Origin: a virus
Virus record (IMG/VR): IMGVR_UViG_3300038415_000014
Coordinates: 64,001 to 128,000 of that record
Strand: one strand, 5' to 3'
DNA length: 64,000 bases
The notes under the pieces are model-generated. The model had not been told where the DNA came from and searched no databases. It was given only the letters and a program-made list of their open reading frames with translations. Shown here in pieces: positions 10,257-20,000 of this stretch; the first letter of the stretch is position 1; each line of letters opens with the position of its first letter. A program made the position numbers and the translations under genes.

Positions 10257-11102
10257 CTAGATCCCCAAAAATACTTTCAGCAGGTGGGATACTAGTACAT
10301 TAGTACCTACAGCAGGGGAATACACGAAATCACTCTCGTACTTCCACTCAGGAACCCCGCCAGATAGCGACTCAACCTCATTTAGAAAGGGTATGGACTT
10401 AGGTAAACTTTCCCAAGCTCGCTCATTTTTCCTGGAAGCTATCAGCTTGCGCCGACCTTCAACCTCGGGCCCCAGTAATACTCCTCGGAGGTGACCTTCA
10501 CGGTAAAGCACCTCCCAGGCGTCAAGTGTGAGATCCAATGCCTCAGCGAGTACGAACCCATTTGTCCCAACATCGAGTACCCTAACCTCGGGTGCGGACC
10601 CCCACAGGTTGGGAATTTTACCATCAGTCAGGTACTCCCCAGCCCACTGAACCATGATTGAGACTCGCTCACCGACCTCACGCTTGGTTAGGTTTGGTAT
10701 GAAAAACCGTGGAAATGCCTTAAAGAACCCGGATGTGATGGGGTCCAGGTGTGAAAGTAGTTGGGGCCCAAAACGATGAGCAAGATCCACTCCGTAGACC
10801 AGTCCAGGAGTAGCTGGTAGGATTAACAAGTCGCGCCTGAGGAACAAGGCTATCGCCAGGATAGTATCCGGGCCCCTAACTTCACGAGCTACGAATGTGA
10901 GTGGGAGCTTGGTTCCAATGATGAGGTCCTCAAACAGACGAGTAAGAGCTCCCGGAGAGAACTGGTCGAATCCCTCACCATGGTGCTCATAGATCCCAGG
11001 TCCTAGACTCTGAGGACTGACCCCTGTCTCAAAACAGACAGCCTCTGCACTAACAACAGGAGTTTCCGGACCAATGACGACCTGGAACTGTAGCTCTTCC
11101 AC
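10257..11102 (-). CDS. Hypothetical protein, possibly degenerate DHH-superfamily phosphoesterase
   Basis: YEHHG, GPDTILAIAL and VDLAH motifs in DHH-like order; GTG start. Confidence 0.4.
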   Translation of the reverse strand: MEELQFQVVIGPETPVVSAEAVCFETGVSPQSLGPGIYEHHGEGFDQFSPGALTRLFEDLIIGTKLPLTFVAREVRGPDTILAIALFLRRDLLILPATPGLVYGVDLAHRFGPQLLSHLDPITSGFFKAFPRFFIPNLTKREVGERVSIMVQWAGEYLTDGKIPNLWGSAPEVRVLDVGTNGFVLAEALDLTLDAWEVLYREGHLRGVLLGPEVEGRRKLIASRKNERAWESLPKSIPFLNEVESLSGGVPEWKYESDFVYSPAVGTNVLVSHLLKVFLGI

Positions 11103-11110
11103 CCAGGGGG

Positions 11111-11941
11111 CTACACCGAGTCATCCTCAAAGATGGAGGCAATGATGGGATCCACATCCGTAGCCTTCCACGAACTAGCCGTCTTGGCTACAACCGGAGG
11201 AGGCTCAGAACTCTTGCAGTTGCCTCCACAGGTGCATGTCCCTCCACAGGTGCACTCAGTATTCCCACAGGCTCCGTCACAGGCTAGCTTAGACTCAAAC
11301 ATCTCAGACTGAAGTGCTGCTCTGACTTGATCCCGGAGGATTGCGCGAACATCTACCGAGTCCGTCCCATCCTCGCTCGCGTATCGGCGCCCGAGCCCAT
11401 GGCCCAAGAGAGTCTCAATCACCTTGCTCGCTTCCTTGGAGGTGAGTGTTCTGACCTCACCCTCATCCACTGGCCATGATAGGTCAGTGTCCGTCCACTG
11501 CTCCTCAGAGGCCCCACGAGCTAGACTCAAGATGAACTTGACTTGCTTGTCCGAAGCGGTTGGTCCCTTGGAACCAGGTTCGGCGCCCCCTCGCTCATCC
11601 CAGTATTCAGCTTTCTCTTCATAGAGTTCGAGGTAGTCTTCGATCTTCTCCTGAAGAGAATTCTTCCAACTGTTGGTTCTTTTAACGATTGGGGCTTTTC
11701 CACTGACAAGAGGACGGTTTACCTTGGACCCGTAAAACTGTATTCGAATGGCGTCGTCACCAACGCCAGCCGCGCCACCCCAGGACTTGATTGAGGTCCA
11801 AACTCGAATGATCACAGTTGGACTCAGCTTCAAGTCGTAGTAGTACTCACTGTTCTGACTACCTTTCTCAGGGCGTAACGCGCGGAAAGCCCTCTTGAGG
11901 AAGGTCTCCATCTCGGTCAAAGAGATATCGACATAAGCCAT
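11111..11941 (-). CDS. Hypothetical protein with ASDKQ-type helical motif and C-terminal Cys cluster
   Basis: 276-aa ORF in operon; ASDKQVKFILSL and LTSKEASKVI helices; CDGACGNTECTCGGTCTCGGNC. Confidence 0.75.
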   Translation of the reverse strand: MAYVDISLTEMETFLKRAFRALRPEKGSQNSEYYYDLKLSPTVIIRVWTSIKSWGGAAGVGDDAIRIQFYGSKVNRPLVSGKAPIVKRTNSWKNSLQEKIEDYLELYEEKAEYWDERGGAEPGSKGPTASDKQVKFILSLARGASEEQWTDTDLSWPVDEGEVRTLTSKEASKVIETLLGHGLGRRYASEDGTDSVDVRAILRDQVRAALQSEMFESKLACDGACGNTECTCGGTCTCGGNCKSSEPPPVVAKTASSWKATDVDPIIASIFEDDSV

Positions 11942-11944
11942 GGC

Positions 11945-14900
11945 TTAGAACTCCTCAACGAAAGCTGGTGTCCAAATCTGTGAGGTGGAGGCTTGAACGG
12001 TCACCTCTTCAGGGTGATCCAGACTAGCTTTCTGAACATTTTCCCCGGGTGCAAGCCCTGCATCAAAAACAAATGGGCTGATACCCTTATTCATCGGGCA
12101 GACCACTTCAAGATTGACCGCAGCCCGAGTGAGAGCCACATAGGCCAGGTTCCTCTCCGCCTTCATCCGAGCTGCTTCAGCAACTGGGTCAGGAGGGGGC
12201 TCGTCTTCCTTGAGCTTGCGCTCCATTGGGAATAGTCCCTTGGGCATAAGAACTGTTACGTTCTTCCACTGAGCCCCTTTGACTGAATGCACGGTTGATA
12301 ATGAGATTGCAGGTGGCTTCTCCCTGCGCACACCCGGATCAAGCTTCTGCTGATCTTTCTCCCACTTGTCAGGATCAATTCGAAGGGTCTCAGCAATCTT
12401 CGAATATCGACTCAGCTTGTCAACGAACCCCTGAGCCACGGAGGGGTCAGTTAGGTTAGCCTGATCATGCTCGTTTGGCTTGGATAGCGCAAAGAGGAAC
12501 TGTACTGCACCAAGCCCCTTGGCGGTTTGAGCCTTCTCTCTGGTAGGCATCAAGCCCTCTTCCCCAAGCTCAGGGGGTGGAACCGAGTCCTTATCATCCT
12601 CGTCCACATCATCTTCGTCATCTGAGAAGATGGCCACGTCATCTGTGATCTGTTGTCTCAAGGATGTAGTCTCGGTCACATTTCTACCAAGTGACCTATC
12701 CCAACTGATGACATTGGACTGCATGTTGTCGAGGACGTAGTTTAGTAGTTCCTCAGTGGGCTTATTTTCGCTGATGGCAGCTCGAAGATCTCTTACGTTC
12801 TCAGACATTCCCCGAAGGTTGGACTCCATCTCATCCACCCGGTTCTTGTACATCCACTCGCCCTTACGATTGTCACCCTTGGCGTATGAGATGATTCGGA
12901 GACGATGAGGCAGCTTCAACTTGTCGGCTAGGACTCGGACGTACCTGGACTCCAAAAGGAGATCCGGACGTACCGACTTCACATCCACTCGCTCCCGTCG
13001 AGCCACGTCATTGAGGGCTTCATCAACCGCCTTCTCGATGTCGTCAGTACTCAAGAAGAGAGCCCGGTCCGGCTTCATCAGAGCGGCAACGAGAGACTTC
13101 TTCATCTTCTCGTAGTCGTTACCCACGGCCAAGTCGATGAATCCCAGGACCGCGCGAGACTCGGGGGCCTCCAAGAAACCCTTCCCTCCGCGACGTATGT
13201 ATGGGATTTCATTGATGATACAAGCTGTTTCGACGTCATTCAACTCAGCATTGGTTCTGGCAAGTACCGCAAAGTTCTCCGCATCAGACCCCTCATCGAT
13301 CTCCCGTCGGTACCTGCCAATGGTCTCAATGGCCGCCTCAACGTTGTCCTCTGGAGTGGAGACCTGAATCGATGCTCGACCTCGGTCCTTGCGCGGGTCA
13401 GCCAGCGAAGCCACCACTGTCCCATCACTGTCATGGGCGATGAGAGCGTTGGCCGCTTCGACAATTTCTGGCTGACACCGATAGTTGGTGCGGATGTTCT
13501 TGGTAGTCCAACCCTCATCAAGTGCTTGAAACAACTCTGGTTTAGCACCACGGAATTGGTAGATGGCCTGCTTCTCGTCACCCACCATCCAGATCGACTT
13601 GTCCTTGGAATCCTGGGTGATCTGCTCAGACATCATCGCGAAGATCTGATGCTGAATGGTATTGAGGTCCTGTGCTTCGTCGACCAAGATGTGGTCGTAC
13701 ATGCCCTGAATGATCGACTTAGCTTTGGGGTCTCGTTTCAAAATATCCCGGAGGATCTTGAGCATATCGTCAAGATCCCCGAGGCGCTCGCCACCCTTAC
13801 GGTTCCGATTCATGAAGTTCGCATAGGGCTTAGAGTCTGTACAAGGGGGCCGCCATCCGGGGATGTCTCCCTTGAGTCCAAGGTACATCTCGTACCAGAT
13901 ACACGCCTGAGCTTCTGCTTTGGAGGTAACCGAGGCTTTCGCCTGTTCGAGGGTAACGTCGTTACCTCGCCAAGCATTGAGGAGCAGGCCAGCCTTCTTC
14001 GCCTTGGGAGGCTCTTCGACCCACTTTCTTGGGTACTTGTACATCGAGACCAAGGAGTCGGGTCCGCATTCGATCCACATATTCCGAATCGTTTGAGACA
14101 GACTTGCTGGGTTGATGCTCTTCACCCCTTTACCGGAAGGGGCAATGAGGCGCGGGGGGCGGAGCATGTCCTGCTCCTCCCGAGTACCAAAGCCAGGGGT
14201 GTCCCTGGTCCCAACAATGAGTTTCGCGAATAGCGAATGCATGGTCCCGACTTGGATTCCGGAGGCCCCACCACCAACCTTCTTGGCGATCCTTTCCTTC
14301 AGCTCCAGAGCGGCCTTACGGTTGAAGGAGCAGGCCATTACGCGTGCTGGATTGATCCTAGCTTCCTTCACCAAGTAGTCGATGCGCGCGACCAAAGTAG
14401 TACTCTTACCACTACCCGCGCCGGCAGATATCCTAACCCGGCCACCGGTAAGAGCTGCTGATCTTTGCTCCTCATCCAAATCCCGTAGGGGAATCGGGAT
14501 GTTCTGGATGAGACTGGGATCGCTGATAGCCGCTACAGCTGCCGCGGTCGCTATACCGACCACCTTGGATTCCTTCGGTGGCTCATCAGGCTGTTGGTTG
14601 ACTTCCAATGACTTTCGGGCCGCCTCGGTAGCATTGGCCTGAACCTTGTGAATCATCTCGGCTCTAGATTCCTGATCCACCTTAGTGGATTGGGCTCCAG
14701 TCTCCGCTACCTCTTTGATACTTGTGGACTTGATCTCCGGTGCGGCCGAGACTTCATTCGAGGCGCTATCCACCGGTGAGGGGGCAAATGTACCTGAGCC
14801 TGATTGCTTGGCAGCGGCATCTATCCAAGCACGCATCCGGATGTTGATCAACGGAATAGCGGAAAATACGTCAAGAGCCTTGTCCGCGTCTTCGAGCATC

Positions 14901-15331
14901 GAGGCTGCGATTGCAGTCTTAACTTGTCGAACATACTTGGGATTATCCAAGATGCCCTTGACCGTCTGAGTCCCACCCCTGGTGAGGATAGTCCTAAACT
15001 GCAGGGCCCGTCTGGCCGCTCCCGCCGGGTTGAAGACCTTCAGGTTCAGAGCCCGACGCAACATCGAGATCTGGGCTGGTTTAGTCAGATGGGTTTCGAG
15101 GTATTCCCGGTACTGGTCGATCTGAGTATCTGCCATCCGAAGAATCTTGAGGCCGCGCTTGATGAGCGCATCCTCAGTATCGTCAATCCCAGATGTCTCC
15201 TCGGCGTACCTCTGATAGGTGTCGAGGGCCAAGAGGAAGATGATGTACTCAGCTACCTGAAACTCACCGATCTCCAGATCATCATCTTCAGGCTCACTGA
15301 CTGCTAGCTTCAGCTGGATCGGGATTAGCAT
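11945..15331 (-). CDS. uvrD: UvrD/PcrA/Rep-family SF1 helicase with about 280-aa N-terminal extension
   Basis: Q motif LDEEQRSAA, Walker A AGAGSGKS, FNRKAA, Walker B VDEAQD, VGDEKQAIYQFRGA, NYRC, LARTN, TVHSVKG and ERNLAYVALTRA are all intact. Confidence 0.95.
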   Translation of the reverse strand: MLIPIQLKLAVSEPEDDDLEIGEFQVAEYIIFLLALDTYQRYAEETSGIDDTEDALIKRGLKILRMADTQIDQYREYLETHLTKPAQISMLRRALNLKVFNPAGAARRALQFRTILTRGGTQTVKGILDNPKYVRQVKTAIAASMLEDADKALDVFSAIPLINIRMRAWIDAAAKQSGSGTFAPSPVDSASNEVSAAPEIKSTSIKEVAETGAQSTKVDQESRAEMIHKVQANATEAARKSLEVNQQPDEPPKESKVVGIATAAAVAAISDPSLIQNIPIPLRDLDEEQRSAALTGGRVRISAGAGSGKSTTLVARIDYLVKEARINPARVMACSFNRKAALELKERIAKKVGGGASGIQVGTMHSLFAKLIVGTRDTPGFGTREEQDMLRPPRLIAPSGKGVKSINPASLSQTIRNMWIECGPDSLVSMYKYPRKWVEEPPKAKKAGLLLNAWRGNDVTLEQAKASVTSKAEAQACIWYEMYLGLKGDIPGWRPPCTDSKPYANFMNRNRKGGERLGDLDDMLKILRDILKRDPKAKSIIQGMYDHILVDEAQDLNTIQHQIFAMMSEQITQDSKDKSIWMVGDEKQAIYQFRGAKPELFQALDEGWTTKNIRTNYRCQPEIVEAANALIAHDSDGTVVASLADPRKDRGRASIQVSTPEDNVEAAIETIGRYRREIDEGSDAENFAVLARTNAELNDVETACIINEIPYIRRGGKGFLEAPESRAVLGFIDLAVGNDYEKMKKSLVAALMKPDRALFLSTDDIEKAVDEALNDVARRERVDVKSVRPDLLLESRYVRVLADKLKLPHRLRIISYAKGDNRKGEWMYKNRVDEMESNLRGMSENVRDLRAAISENKPTEELLNYVLDNMQSNVISWDRSLGRNVTETTSLRQQITDDVAIFSDDEDDVDEDDKDSVPPPELGEEGLMPTREKAQTAKGLGAVQFLFALSKPNEHDQANLTDPSVAQGFVDKLSRYSKIAETLRIDPDKWEKDQQKLDPGVRREKPPAISLSTVHSVKGAQWKNVTVLMPKGLFPMERKLKEDEPPPDPVAEAARMKAERNLAYVALTRAAVNLEVVCPMNKGISPFVFDAGLAPGENVQKASLDHPEEVTVQASTSQIWTPAFVEEF

Positions 15332-15388
15332 TGATTTCCTACGCTGTTGACGTACTACACTGATGGGTATTTCACAAGAGATTTATGA

Positions 15389-17011
15389 CTACTTGCCTGG
15401 GTCCAGGACTCCTTCATCAATCAGCCGCCCAAGAAGATAGTCCGGGTCCGCGTAGGGCTCGTCTTCTCGTACCAGGAAGTAGCGAAGAGTTGGATCGGAG
15501 TGAATGAGGTTCTCCTTGATCCGGTCACGCTCTTGGAGCGCGAAGAACTGAGCCTCGTCTTTGAAGTAGAAGTTGGGGAAGGTCCAGTGTTGGTAACCAT
15601 GGAACTCAACCACCAAGTTGAACTTAGGGAAATACCCATCATAACGGAAAGACCACCCTGTGATCGGGTTCACTGCCCACTTTGGGGACCACTCGACCTC
15701 GTAGGCCGCTCCACCCAGAACCTGGGATAGGTTCTCCAAACATAAAGCTTCTTGAATATGCTTCCTAGATACCTCTAGCCCATGACGTTCGCACTCACGC
15801 TTGATAGTCACGAAGGCATGGTCCAGTGCGGCCATCGCTCTCCCAACTGAGATCTTTCCGTTCTTGAGCTTGAATGAGCTGAGCAAGTCCTTGTCTAGTT
15901 GAATTAGATCAACGGACCTCCAGAACTTCGTTGACCGAATCTCCTTCATGGAGGTAGCTAGCTTTTCAGCGGCCCTTGCTATCGATGGATCTGTGTCCTT
16001 GGTATGCCCTAACTTCCAACCAGCAGAGTTAGACATATTTCTTTTAGTTTCTTCAGTCTTGACTCGAATTAGAGAGTTGAGAGCGATGACTTGGGTTCCA
16101 GGGAAGACCTTTTGGTACTCACCCTCTAATTCTGGATGGGCATTACGAATGTGACTCACCAAGCTCTCAGCACGGTAACCACAAGCTTGGCAAGTCACAT
16201 AGTCTAGGCCCTCCACAAGAGTAGACCACCGGAGTTCCTCATCCAACTCAATGCAATCAGGACATCTTGACTCATGCATCCCAGGAGCGAAGGTCAATCC
16301 TACAAGTCGAGGTTTATTGCATGAGGGGCATCGAATCTCCTTAGTCAGACCCTTGCGAGGATTCTCTTGGTGCTGACGAGTAGCGATCTCAGATCTTGCT
16401 GATTTTAGGTTTTCTGATTGGACTTCAGCATTGGAGAACTTAGCTCGATACTCAACAATACTCAGGCTATGTCCAGAAGACACATGACGATCAATTCGAA
16501 CACCACGATGTCCACAGATTAAGCATCGAACGAAGTCAACACCTTCTTCTTGTCCAGCCCATACTGAGTCTTCTTGGGCTTCTTGATACTTGTCGTGCTC
16601 TCTGTCGTCAACCTGGGCAAGGTGCATAGCCAAACCCTTGATCCCTACACATCCCTGGTTACAGACCGGGCAAGTCCTATCCACCCCTCGTTCAGACTCT
16701 GAGCAAGTAGCACACAGAAGCTTTGTTGAACGAGCTTTTCGAATAAGGTTGACCTGGATGGAAGCCCCGCATGATATACAAGACTCAGTAACCTTCCTGA
16801 CTTGGTAAGTTGAACCCTTCTTGGAATGCCCTACAGCTGCTGCAGCCTTTGATTGGAGTCTCTTACCCCTAGTATCGAAAGCTTCCTTACCAAACCACTC
16901 AACCCATTGCTTTCGGAGGGTATTCGGGCTCGTCTTGAGACGAGCTGCTACTGCCTTGAAAGGCTCTTCAGTGTCAAAGGCCTGATGCGCCAACGTCCTC
17001 TTGTCCGTCAT
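15389..17011 (-). CDS. Multi-zinc-finger protein with C-terminal PD-(D/E)xK (Vsr/DUF559-like) nuclease; probable homing endonuclease
   Basis: Several CxxC pairs; two EG.D(F/Y)V.C..CG..H repeats; C-terminal FRYDGYFPKFNLVVEFHGYQH. The ATG at 17011 follows a promoter, whereas the track's TTG start lies inside that promoter. Confidence 0.75.
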   Translation of the reverse strand: MTDKRTLAHQAFDTEEPFKAVAARLKTSPNTLRKQWVEWFGKEAFDTRGKRLQSKAAAAVGHSKKGSTYQVRKVTESCISCGASIQVNLIRKARSTKLLCATCSESERGVDRTCPVCNQGCVGIKGLAMHLAQVDDREHDKYQEAQEDSVWAGQEEGVDFVRCLICGHRGVRIDRHVSSGHSLSIVEYRAKFSNAEVQSENLKSARSEIATRQHQENPRKGLTKEIRCPSCNKPRLVGLTFAPGMHESRCPDCIELDEELRWSTLVEGLDYVTCQACGYRAESLVSHIRNAHPELEGEYQKVFPGTQVIALNSLIRVKTEETKRNMSNSAGWKLGHTKDTDPSIARAAEKLATSMKEIRSTKFWRSVDLIQLDKDLLSSFKLKNGKISVGRAMAALDHAFVTIKRECERHGLEVSRKHIQEALCLENLSQVLGGAAYEVEWSPKWAVNPITGWSFRYDGYFPKFNLVVEFHGYQHWTFPNFYFKDEAQFFALQERDRIKENLIHSDPTLRYFLVREDEPYADPDYLLGRLIDEGVLDPGK

Positions 17012-17044
17012 GGTGTCCCAACCACTATAGTACAAGAGGACGTT
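16992..17044. repeat. Perfect 13-bp inverted repeat enclosing the -10 box and start codon of 15389..17011
   Basis: AACGTCCTCTTGT (16992-17004) and ACAAGAGGACGTT (17032-17044), with a 27-nt loop. Confidence 0.8.
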
Positions 17045-17051
17045 CTGTCAA
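17024..17051 (-). promoter_or_regulatory. Sigma70-type promoter
   Basis: TTGACA (17051-17046), 16 nt, TATAGT (17029-17024); 12 nt before the ATG at 17011. Confidence 0.65.
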
Positions 17052-17099
17052 GCAATCTGTTTGCTTACGGGGTCTGACTTATCGAAAAACCTAATAATT

Positions 17100-20000
17100 T
17101 CAGATACTTGCGCGCAGATTGAATGTCAGGACCAAATAGAGCAATGGGAAGATTGGTTGATAGTACGCTTCAGCATCCAATGTAGTTGGGTCATTGGCAT
17201 CAACCGTAGCCGAGATGCCGGTGAAGGCAGCCACGATCTCTTGCTGAATCAACTGCTTGAAGAACGAAGTCAGGCTGACTTCAACCTCGTTGGTCCTCGT
17301 GGACAAGAACTTGGTACCCACGAAGGCATCGAGGATCGACCTGGAACCCTTGGACACGTAGTCCGCGATCTGGGTCACCGTCGGCAGCCTGGTCAGGACC
17401 GAGGTCATGTTGGTCGTGAGACCCTGACGAATCCTGATGATGGGCTGCAGGTCTTCGAGGACTGTGATACCAGCGACAGCCGTCTGATTGGCCTCGACCG
17501 GATCCATGATCCTCGGGATTCGAGTGAACCCTTGGATATGCCTGTGCGTGTACGGGGTGGCTACGTCGACCGCCGGTGAGCAAACCGCGCCTGCTACTGC
17601 AGCCGCGTAGAACGTACCGTCAACCAACGACTCGTAGGTGTTGCCCAACTCGTCGGTGAATGTGACCACACCTGAATCTGGGTAGAGCGCTACAATCCTT
17701 GAGCTGAAGAGGTTCCTTGCAACCGTCTGAGCTGAGGTCGGAGTAGTACCACTCGCGAAGCCAATCATGCCCATTCGCTCTGACTGGTTGCGAATGTTGC
17801 TCATGACTTCACAATGCTGGGTCAGATACGAGTAGACCGAAGTGTCCGTGCTGAGTGGTACGAGCACATCGGGCTTGATGTTTCCCGGCAGAGGAGTGGC
17901 CAAGCCTTGGATTGCCGCGATGAAGTCGGCAGCTGACCCTTGGTTTGTATTAGTGACCTTCTTGACCTGGGTGATGCCTACCAAGACTGCTCCGTTGAGG
18001 ATCGCCAGGTACGCAGCCAGGGTGACCCGGTTGGTAGAGTTGAGCTCACCGTAGTTGGCTTGGATGGTCTTGAACGTCGTGTAGATCTTCGACGAGAAGT
18101 CCTGCTTCATGTACAGGTAACTGATGTAGTAGTAGTCACCATTCGCAGGTTCCAACCCGCTTGGGTTGAAGGTCTGGACGTTGGCCGTATCGTTCACCCC
18201 AACACCAACGGTATTGGTGACGATGGTCTCCAACCCCGGGATGTAGTAGTACGGAACCCCTGGGTTGACCAAAAAGGTCTGGGAGATGACTAGGGTGAAG
18301 GTACCATTCGTTGCGTACGGGGTTGTAGGAGCCGTTGCACACGGTAGGATCGTGAACCTCAGACCTGTAACAGCATCCATGTAGGTCTGTCCCGGGATAC
18401 CGGTACCAGACGAACCATTCGGGTTCGAGGATGTTACTACGAAGTTGTTGGTTGCACTCTCACCATTGTCACCGGAGGTACCCGGTACGATCCCAGTCCC
18501 AGCAGTAGAGTTGAATGCCGAGTGAGTACCATCGACGAATCCAACACTTGAGGCTACTGCGCCCACCGTAAGTGACTCAATAGTCAGATAGGTCTGATTA
18601 TTGATAACATCCGGATAGGCTACACAACCATTCACATTGGGGGTCGGAGAACCAGACCACGAAGTGACCGCAAAGTTAGCTGTACCCATGAGGGCATCAA
18701 CAACCTCTTGGACGCTCACCAAGGTCTGACTGGCAGACTGACCCTCAGTATACCCTAGGACTGAGTTGGCAGTACCACCTTGGATCAGAACAGCTGACTG
18801 AGGTGAGTTGTTACTGCTGGTGATCCTGACCTTGTTCAGATTACCCAAGGTAGCATCTGAGGCTGCGCCTTGAGACGTGATAACCGAGGTGATCTGGCTC
18901 GCAATCACTCCAGCCGATTGCGATTGAATATCAACCGCAACAGTACCGGCGAAGGTTGTGTCAGGTACGATACTCAGAGAGGCAGTCGATGACGCTGTAA
19001 TAGTAAACGTAGTCGTCGTATTGACTGCTGTTTCAGTGACTCCACCGAATGACAGCGTTACCCCAGTAGTTCCTGAGGTAGGAACAACGGTAAGGGTTAC
19101 CGTGTATACTGCACCGATGATCGCTGCCATCGGATTGGTTAAGGCTGCTGTATTACCACTTGTATGGGTGAAGGTGGGGTAAGGCCCCGCCCAGCCAGTA
19201 CCTGTAACCCAACCTGTGGTAGGCGTTATCTCGTTGCTGAGGGTGACCTGGAAGTCAACTCCGTTGACCCTAACCTTGAACACATCGTTCAAGCCAGTGG
19301 TGATATTGAACGGACCTGGGATAGACCCGAGCAAAGTAGCTGGCTTGTTGATCGCACCTGGGGTTCCAGAAGCAGTCTGGAACGTGGTGAACCCGAGGAG
19401 AGTCTCCGCTGTACCCTGATCAATGGTGACACTACTCTTCTGGTCGAAACCACCAGGTAGTGATGCCGGAGTCGAGTATCCTCGAATCACGAAGAAGGTG
19501 CTGCTCGACCCAGGACCTGGGATTGGTGTAAACAGGTAATTAGGAGCCGTTCCTGAGAACGCGGCGTTGGCATCGATGACGCCATTGACTGCTGTTGCTA
19601 CCCCAGCTGGGGTAATCGTACCTGCAGACAACGAAACCGCGATAGCCACTCCGTCAATGGTGAGGTTGAGGGTAGCCCCTCCAACCGGTATGGTGATGTC
19701 CCCACCACTCAGTGGAACTTCCTGGCTCACCAAGTAAGCTCTGGCAGCTGAGCTCAACAGAGTAGTTACTGGGGTTCCATTGACATTGGTCCTCCAGGTA
19801 TCTGAGGCGCCACTGTAGAACGAATAGGGCTGGGCTCCTAGGTTCGTGTATACAGCATTACGGGCTACCGTTTGACCGAAGGTGACTGTGACAGTCTCAC
19901 TCACCGGGGTCCCACCAACATGCATGGCATCTGGGATCTGCTCGACTCCCCGCGGCCACTGAACGGTCTGAGTGAGACCTCCGCCCTTGGTTCCAAAACG

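Noticed and set aside
13433-14233. 266-aa plus-strand ORF and similar antisense ORFs within UvrD, sheath and tape measure
   Set aside because: They are antisense to well-supported genes and have no recognisable motifs.
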